Shown piece after piece: positions 15,621 through 21,276 of a stretch of DNA of 21,276 bases. The DNA lies in the NCBI GenBank assembly GCA_043732185.1, contig JAYTHY010000120.1, positions 1-21,276 of the forward strand, written 5' to 3'. The notes under the pieces were generated by a model. That model worked only from the letters and a program-made list of their open reading frames with translations, ran no database searches and was not told the DNA's origin. The translations under genes were made by a program, and so were the position numbers. Position 1 is the stretch's first letter. The number at the start of each line of letters is the position of its first letter. This DNA comes from Fibrobacteria bacterium. Its GTDB lineage: Bacteria > Fibrobacterota > Fibrobacteria > UBA11236.

Positions 15621-17097
15621 TGTCCCCGTTCCAGGCGCCGCGCCGGTTGTTCCTGCGCCCAAGCCCGTGGTTCCGTTTTCACCGGTACTGCTTAAACATA
15701 TTCACGAGCCTGACTCGCATACCCTTTCGCATTATTTAGCCCGAGGCGGCTATGCCACCGCACGCAGTCACATAGGGGTTACCGTACCCGGCGACCTTAT
15801 CAAGCTCGTCGACACTTCCGGCCTGCGGGGACGCGGCGGGGCCGGTTTTCCAACCGGTAAGAAGTGGAGCTTTCTGGCCAAAGGGACGGGCAAGCCCATT
15901 TACCTGGCCGTCAATGGCGATGAAAGCGAGCCCGGCACATTTAAAGATCGGTATTTGCTGGAACGGGATCCGCATCAATTGGTGGAAGGCGTCATTCTAA
16001 CCTGCTATGCCATTGGGTCCAAGCATGCTTTCATATATCTGCGCGGCGAATTCATCCTAGGGTATGAGCGTTTACTTGCTGCAGTTCAAGAAGCCAAGGC
16101 TAAAGGTTTTGTCGGCAAGGGAATATTCGGCACGGGGGCAGGTACTGCAACAACAGGTTCTGGAACCGGTGGTGCGGAGACTCAACCCGCCGTGGACCTG
16201 ACCATCACCGTGGTGCGCGGGGCCGGGGCCTATATATGTGGCGAAGAAACCGGTATGCTGTCCTCCATCGAAGGTGGACGCGGATACCCGAAAATCAAAC
16301 CGCCTTTTCCGGCTGTGTCCGGATTGTTCGGATGCCCGACCATCGTCAATAATGTCGAGACCATTTGCGCGGTAACGCATATCGTCAAGAATGGAGCCGA
16401 TTGGCACAAGCAATGGGGCACGGAAAAAAGCGCCGGCTTCAAGATCTTCTGCTTGTCCGGCGCGGTTAAGAAACCGGGTGTGTATGAAGTGCCGCTCGGC
16501 ATCACCATGCGAGAAATGATAGACGTTTATGGCGGCGGACTAAAAGAGGGGCGCACCCTCAAAGCCGTAATTCCTGGGGGCCTTAGCGCACCCGTGCTCA
16601 CGCCGGAAATGGTAGACAAGTGCACGCTTGATTATGAAAGCCTCGCTGCATTGGGTTCCATGCTTGGCTCTGGTGGCATCACCGTGTTGGATAATCAGGT
16701 GGACATGATATCCGCCATTTACAATACCATGCGATTCTACCATCACGAGTCGTGTGGACAATGCACACCTTGCCGCGAAGGCACCGGTTGGTTGGAGAAA
16801 GTCACGCATCGGCTTCACCATCATGACGGCCGCGAGGGTGATGTGGAGCTGCTCGCCGACATCGCCAAAAACATGCGTGGACGCACCATTTGCGTGTTGG
16901 CGGATGCCGCCGCCATGCCGATGCAAAGCTACTTGCAACATTTTAAACAAGACTTTGTGGACAAGGCCAAGGCCAACGCCTTCGTGGAAAAACAGCGTAC
17001 CTATCGCGATGAAATCACTCCCACCGCTAAAAAACTCTCCGCTCAAGGACCCGGCCCCAGCGCCATGGATGTGGGCTCCGAGCAGGACAAGGGATAA
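15613..17097 (+). CDS. nuoF: NADH-quinone oxidoreductase subunit F
   Basis: SGLRGRGGAGFPTGKKW, NGDESEPGTFKDR, GAGAYICGEET, NNVET and HESCGQCTPCREG...TIC (N3). GGAG at 15603-15606 supports ATG 15613. Confidence 0.97.
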   Translation: MADVPVPGAAPVVPAPKPVVPFSPVLLKHIHEPDSHTLSHYLARGGYATARSHIGVTVPGDLIKLVDTSGLRGRGGAGFPTGKKWSFLAKGTGKPIYLAVNGDESEPGTFKDRYLLERDPHQLVEGVILTCYAIGSKHAFIYLRGEFILGYERLLAAVQEAKAKGFVGKGIFGTGAGTATTGSGTGGAETQPAVDLTITVVRGAGAYICGEETGMLSSIEGGRGYPKIKPPFPAVSGLFGCPTIVNNVETICAVTHIVKNGADWHKQWGTEKSAGFKIFCLSGAVKKPGVYEVPLGITMREMIDVYGGGLKEGRTLKAVIPGGLSAPVLTPEMVDKCTLDYESLAALGSMLGSGGITVLDNQVDMISAIYNTMRFYHHESCGQCTPCREGTGWLEKVTHRLHHHDGREGDVELLADIAKNMRGRTICVLADAAAMPMQSYLQHFKQDFVDKAKANAFVEKQRTYRDEITPTAKKLSAQGPGPSAMDVGSEQDKG

Positions 17098-17098
17098 G

Positions 17099-18577
17099 AT
17101 GACCAAGGAAGTGAAGATTAAAATCGACGATAAGGAAGTCACCGTTCCCGCCAACTGGAATGTGCTCAAGGCCTGCCAGGAAAACGGTGTCGACGTCCCG
17201 CATTATTGCTACCACGAAGATCTTTCCGTCGCTGGAAATTGCCGCATGTGCATGGTGGGCGTCAAAGGCGCGCCGCGTCCCGTAGTGGCCTGCGCCCAAC
17301 CCTTGACCGAAGGCATGGAAGTCACCACCAAGGGTAAGGATGTTGAAGACGCCCGTAAAGCGGTGATGGAATTCATGCTCATCAATCACCCGCTCGATTG
17401 CCCCGAATGCGATCAAGCCGGGGAATGCCGCCTCCAGGATTACAGCTATGCCCATGGCCGCGATCATGGCCGCTTCCACGAAGAGAAGGTCATCAAGTCC
17501 AAGGCCACCATGGGTCCGCATGTCAAGTACTGGGGCTCGCGCTGCATCGTATGCACGCGCTGCGTTCGTTTTACCGACGAGGTCAGCGGAACCGGCGAGC
17601 TCGGTGTTATTTACCGCGGGGATAAAAGCGAAATCGCGCTTTTCCCGGGCCAGGTTTTGGACAACCCGCTCTCGCTCAATACCGTCGACATCTGTCCGGT
17701 GGGTGCGCTCGTGTCTTCGGACTTTCTTTTTCAAAGTAGGGTGTGGAATCTGCACTCGCGTCCTTCCGTTTGCTCGGATTGTTCCGTAGGCTGCAATACC
17801 CGCGTGGATATGGATGCCAAGGACAGCATCAAGCGCATCGTCCCCAGGCGCAATAATGCCGTCAACAAGGAATGGATGTGTGATTCGGGTCGGCTCAGTT
17901 TTCCTTACGTGAACGAAAACCGCCTGATAAAGCCGATAGTCGAAGGCAAGGACGCAACGTGGAAGGATGCCCGTAAAGCTGCCGCCGAGCATCTTAATAT
18001 GCCGGGACTCGTAATCTTGGTTAGCGCCTGGAATACCAACGAAACCTTTGCGGCGATTAAAGCTGCGGTAACGGACTCATTCCCCAAAGCTCGATTGCAT
18101 GGCTATGCGAATCCCGGCCGAGCCGATCAAGTTTTCCCGGGCTTTACCATCAGTGGCGATAAAAATCCCAATCGGACCGGCATGCAGGACATACTGGGCA
18201 TCGATGCAGATGCTTCGCTACGGGATTTGGCCGACGACAAAACCACCATCGGTACCTTGCTGCTTGTGCACAATATTCCCGGATATTCCCTGACTAAGGA
18301 ACTCAAGTCGATTCTTGATAGAACCGAGCGGGTGGTCTTGATGGATTTCGCGCACACGGAACTTCTCAGATACGGTAACGTAGCCGTTGCCTTGCCCACG
18401 CTCACCACATTTGAGAAAAGCGGAACCTTTGCGAATCGAACCGGCATTCACCAAAAATTCGACCCGGTGATGGAACCCAAAAGCTTTGGCCGATCGGAAG
18501 CGGAAATGCTTTTGGAAATCGTGCGCGAAGCGAAGTCTCCGGCCCAAGGCGTGGCTGGCGCTAAGGTGAAAGCATAA
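17099..18577 (+). CDS. nuoG: NADH-quinone oxidoreductase subunit G, short form (492 aa)
   Basis: N1b: HYCYH..AGNCRMC..AC. N5: HPLDCPECDQAGEC. N4: RCIVCTRC...DICPVGAL. N7: CSDCSVGC...WMCD. FEKSGTFAN near the C-terminus. ATG 1 nt after the nuoF stop. Confidence 0.93.
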   Translation: MTKEVKIKIDDKEVTVPANWNVLKACQENGVDVPHYCYHEDLSVAGNCRMCMVGVKGAPRPVVACAQPLTEGMEVTTKGKDVEDARKAVMEFMLINHPLDCPECDQAGECRLQDYSYAHGRDHGRFHEEKVIKSKATMGPHVKYWGSRCIVCTRCVRFTDEVSGTGELGVIYRGDKSEIALFPGQVLDNPLSLNTVDICPVGALVSSDFLFQSRVWNLHSRPSVCSDCSVGCNTRVDMDAKDSIKRIVPRRNNAVNKEWMCDSGRLSFPYVNENRLIKPIVEGKDATWKDARKAAAEHLNMPGLVILVSAWNTNETFAAIKAAVTDSFPKARLHGYANPGRADQVFPGFTISGDKNPNRTGMQDILGIDADASLRDLADDKTTIGTLLLVHNIPGYSLTKELKSILDRTERVVLMDFAHTELLRYGNVAVALPTLTTFEKSGTFANRTGIHQKFDPVMEPKSFGRSEAEMLLEIVREAKSPAQGVAGAKVKA

Positions 18578-18578
18578 T

Positions 18579-19703
18579 ATGGATTTGATACTCGCCATTC
18601 TCACGAATTTCTGGGTCATCCTGGCTATTAAAATGGGCATTGGACTGGGCTTGTCCATGGGCATGGTTCCGGTGATGGTGTATCTGGAACGGAAGATCAG
18701 CGCGCGTTTTCAGCTTCGCGTCGGCCCCAATCGCGTCGGGCCATTCGGTATTTTTCAGCTTATCGCCGACTCCATCAAAATAATGTGGAAGGAGGATTTC
18801 TTCCCTCGCAATACCGACAAACTTATTTTTCTGGCCGCCCCGATTCTCGCTTTCATACCCGGCATGCTTTCCTTCGCCTTGATACCGGTGGGAATCGGGA
18901 CAGGAAATGAATATCTGGGCCCAGGGGGTGTGATGGCCATCTCCTATATCAGCATGGGGCTTTTGGTTATCATGGCTGTATCTTCCATTTCCGCCTATGG
19001 AATCGCTTTGGCAGGCTGGGCGTCCAATAATCAGTTTGCGCTGCTGGGCGGCATCCGATCGTCCGCGCAGCTCATCAGTTATGAAATTGTCATGGCCATG
19101 GCCGTGGTCACTTTGGTGATGATGACCGGCACCTTGAATTTGGCTGAAATCGTCCAGCAGCAGGCCGTACCCCTGTTTCACTTTTCCTTTCTGCCGGATT
19201 GGGTCAATGCGCTGTTTCCTTCCTGGAACATTTTCCGCCAACCCCTAACCTTCCTGTTATTCCTCATCGCCGCTTTTGCCGAAACCAACCGTGCGCCTTT
19301 CGATTTGCCGGAGGCAGAACAAGAACTAGTGGGCGGGTACCATACCGAGTACACGGGCATGCGCTATGCCTGGTTTATGAACGCGGAATATGCGGCCTTG
19401 TTTACCATGTGCGCCATTCTAACCACCCTGTTTTTAGGCGGCTGGACCTTTCCCGGATTCGCGTGGTTAGCCGCCCATCTGCCCTGGTACTTGACGGCAC
19501 TGCTAAGTTTCGGAACCTTTATGGGAAAAATATTCTTCCTGATTTTCTTTTTCATGTGGGTGCGATGGACGCTGCCCCGCTTCCGCTGGGATCAATTGAT
19601 GAAGCTCGGCTGGAATACTTTGATTCCGCTGGGACTGGTCAATATCATCGGTACCGCCTTGTTCTTGGAATACGTGGCGTCCAGATTTGGATTCGGAGGC
19701 TGA
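18579..19703 (+). CDS. nuoH: NADH-quinone oxidoreductase subunit H
   Basis: ERKISARFQLRVGPNRVGPFG, RSSAQLISYE, AETNRAPFDLPEAEQELVGGYHTEY and WVRWTLPRFRWDQLM. Multiple TM helices. Confidence 0.97.
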   Translation: MDLILAILTNFWVILAIKMGIGLGLSMGMVPVMVYLERKISARFQLRVGPNRVGPFGIFQLIADSIKIMWKEDFFPRNTDKLIFLAAPILAFIPGMLSFALIPVGIGTGNEYLGPGGVMAISYISMGLLVIMAVSSISAYGIALAGWASNNQFALLGGIRSSAQLISYEIVMAMAVVTLVMMTGTLNLAEIVQQQAVPLFHFSFLPDWVNALFPSWNIFRQPLTFLLFLIAAFAETNRAPFDLPEAEQELVGGYHTEYTGMRYAWFMNAEYAALFTMCAILTTLFLGGWTFPGFAWLAAHLPWYLTALLSFGTFMGKIFFLIFFFMWVRWTLPRFRWDQLMKLGWNTLIPLGLVNIIGTALFLEYVASRFGFGG

Positions 19704-19704
19704 T

Positions 19705-20223
19705 ATGACCAATGCAAATCCAGCAACCCCGGCCAAGACCGAAGTCGATCAACCCGAAAATCAGTCTGGAAAATCAAAAACCTACGATCGCCTATCTTGG
19801 TATACGCGCTTTTATATTCCCGCCATCGCCAAGGGCATGACCATCTCCTTAGGTCAGTTTTTCAAAAAGCCCGTGACCATCAACTATCCGGAGCACAAGC
19901 CGAAAATCAGCGAACGCTTTCGCGGCGAGCATCGGCTTACCAAGGACGCGGACGGAAACATGAAATGCGTGGCCTGTTACATGTGCGCTACGGCTTGTCC
20001 CGCACTGTGCATCACCATTGAAGCCAAGGCCGCGCCTCCAGAATGGGAAAACCGCGACAAGATCCCCAAGGTATTCGAAATCGATATGCTAAAGTGTATT
20101 TATTGCGGGTACTGTGTTGAAGCCTGCCCCAAAGAAGCGATTGAAATGACAAATAAGGTGCCACAGGTTTATGACAACCGCCAGGCCTTTATCTACGGGC
20201 TCGACAAGCTTCTCAACAATTGA
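19705..20223 (+). CDS. nuoI: NADH-quinone oxidoreductase subunit I
   Basis: TINYPE..RFRGEH and two [4Fe-4S] motifs, CVACYMCATACP and CIYCGYCVEACP. ATG 1 nt after the nuoH stop. Confidence 0.96.
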   Translation: MTNANPATPAKTEVDQPENQSGKSKTYDRLSWYTRFYIPAIAKGMTISLGQFFKKPVTINYPEHKPKISERFRGEHRLTKDADGNMKCVACYMCATACPALCITIEAKAAPPEWENRDKIPKVFEIDMLKCIYCGYCVEACPKEAIEMTNKVPQVYDNRQAFIYGLDKLLNN

Positions 20224-20251
20224 TCGTTCCTGCCTGACCGGAAGGATTCCT

Positions 20252-21169
20252 TTGCGAAAATTATTTTCTGGCGTATCAGCTCTATCCATCCTATCATCCC
20301 TATTGATCATCGCCTGCACCGCGCCTCGATCCGTACTCATTTCTCCTGACGCATTACCCAAAGGTCATTTTCAGGCGGGTGGAAATTTTGAATTCAATAT
20401 TCCCACGCAAACTGCCACCGCACTGTATGGTGGACTGGAGTCGGGTGTCAAGTCCGCGTACGACCGCGCCAGCGGATCAACTCCCGCACCCATTACAGCC
20501 GATTCCCTGAATGACCTGACCAAAGGCATGATTGCCTATGCCCTTGACCCTCTAGGGCCCCAGCCCGGTTTCTTCCTGCACTATGGATTCTGGCCCCGTT
20601 TTGACGCGGGATATCATCGGGATGGCGGCGTCAACGCTTATAATTTGCGATGGCAGTTTATGGGTCCCATCTCAGGGGATACCACAGCATCCTCCTCGGC
20701 CTGGCGCGGTAGTCTGGCTGTGCAGTACAGTCAGCAGAGTTATGAATTGCCTTCTGTGGCAGGTTTGGATAAGCTGCAAAAGATCCTGAAATTCGAATTC
20801 AATCGCAAAGATATTTTGGTACCGATTGTTTTAGGAAAGCCTTTTGGCTCGCATGGGAGATTTGGAAATTTCGGCGTCGGAGCGGCTTATAATCTTTCCA
20901 TAATCGATTACGGATCGGAAATTCTGAATCTAGTTGAACACGTTTCGCCCGGTGTCACCAAACCTTTTGATCCCATCCAAGGAAAGAAAAAGATTTCCGC
21001 TTATGGTGGATTCGCAAATGTGCGTTTGGGTTATCGATGGGTGTATGCAGTTGGATCTTTAGCCGGTTACTGGCAGGACTATGGAGAATTCAAATTGTTC
21101 GGAGGAAAATCCGTGTCCCTGTCAGGCGTAACCCTGGTGCCGGCGCTGGGGTTGGAATTTCTTTTTTAA
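20252..21169 (+). CDS. Hypothetical lipoprotein with outer-membrane beta-barrel features (~305 aa)
   Basis: TTG 20252 follows GAAGGA (20241-20246) and gives MRKLFSGVSALSILSSLLIIA-C (lipobox). Amphipathic strands YNLRWQF, GSLAVQYS, GVGAAYN and GGFANVRLGY. C-terminal PALGLEFLF beta-signal. Confidence 0.72.
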   Translation: MRKLFSGVSALSILSSLLIIACTAPRSVLISPDALPKGHFQAGGNFEFNIPTQTATALYGGLESGVKSAYDRASGSTPAPITADSLNDLTKGMIAYALDPLGPQPGFFLHYGFWPRFDAGYHRDGGVNAYNLRWQFMGPISGDTTASSSAWRGSLAVQYSQQSYELPSVAGLDKLQKILKFEFNRKDILVPIVLGKPFGSHGRFGNFGVGAAYNLSIIDYGSEILNLVEHVSPGVTKPFDPIQGKKKISAYGGFANVRLGYRWVYAVGSLAGYWQDYGEFKLFGGKSVSLSGVTLVPALGLEFLF

Positions 21170-21276
21170 GCCTTTTTACCTTACTCAAGAGTCGGGAGTA
21201 TTCAGGTACCCGTAAAGACTCCAAACTCAGCGGAATTCGCAACCCCTTGCCCAGCCAGATCCATTGCATTTTGCAT

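Noticed and set aside
13477..17098. Long N-terminal extensions of NuoD, NuoE, NuoF and NuoG in the ORF track (starts 13477, 14580, 15550, 16754)
   Set aside because: They overlap upstream nuo genes in another frame. Starts at 13591, 14799, 15613 and 17099 fit stop/start coupling and family N-termini.
17099..18577. Formate dehydrogenase or [FeFe]-hydrogenase catalytic subunit instead of NuoG
   Set aside because: No H-cluster motifs and no intact molybdopterin-binding region. The position between nuoF and nuoH fits NuoG.
10267..19241. Long antisense ORFs (e.g. 10267-11043, 16540-17169, 17027-17992, 18561-19241)
   Set aside because: They are shadows of well-supported plus-strand genes in GC-rich, codon-biased DNA and show no family motifs.
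21091..21276. 3' end of a convergent minus-strand gene entering from the right edge (CKMQWIWLGKGLRIPLSLE...)
   Set aside because: Too little sequence, no motif, and it would overlap the lipoprotein gene by ~80 nt. It cannot be called without flanking DNA.

Overview
Bacterial chromosomal window with two parts. (1) About 1-12 kb is an AT-richer accessory/envelope region. It holds a hypothetical protein, a tautomerase-family gene, a hairpin-rich intergenic spacer, a secreted Asp-box (BNR) beta-propeller, a probable pseudogene, a cadherin-like lipoprotein, a secreted carboxypeptidase-regulatory-like repeat protein, a lipoprotein plus beta-barrel pair, an LpxR-family lipid A deacylase, a PhzF-family protein, an RMD1/DUF155 protein and a PAS-histidine kinase-receiver hybrid. 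(2) About 12.1-20.2 kb is a GC-richer, tightly coupled respiratory complex I operon, nuoA-B-C-D-E-F-G-H-I. It stops after nuoI: a lipoprotein with beta-barrel features sits where nuoJ normally follows, and nuoJKLMN are not in the window. LpxR and basic C-terminal '...GR' tails on secreted proteins suggest a diderm FCB-group host, possibly Fibrobacterota (inference). I saw no rRNA, tRNA, CRISPR array, transposase or integrase. No clearly new system can be proven from the sequence alone. The best leads are the atypical complex I (split operon, short NuoG, low-complexity extensions), a shared C-terminal sorting-like tail, candidate leaderless genes and an attC-like hairpin. Several start codons were moved from the ORF track using RBS and overlap evidence.
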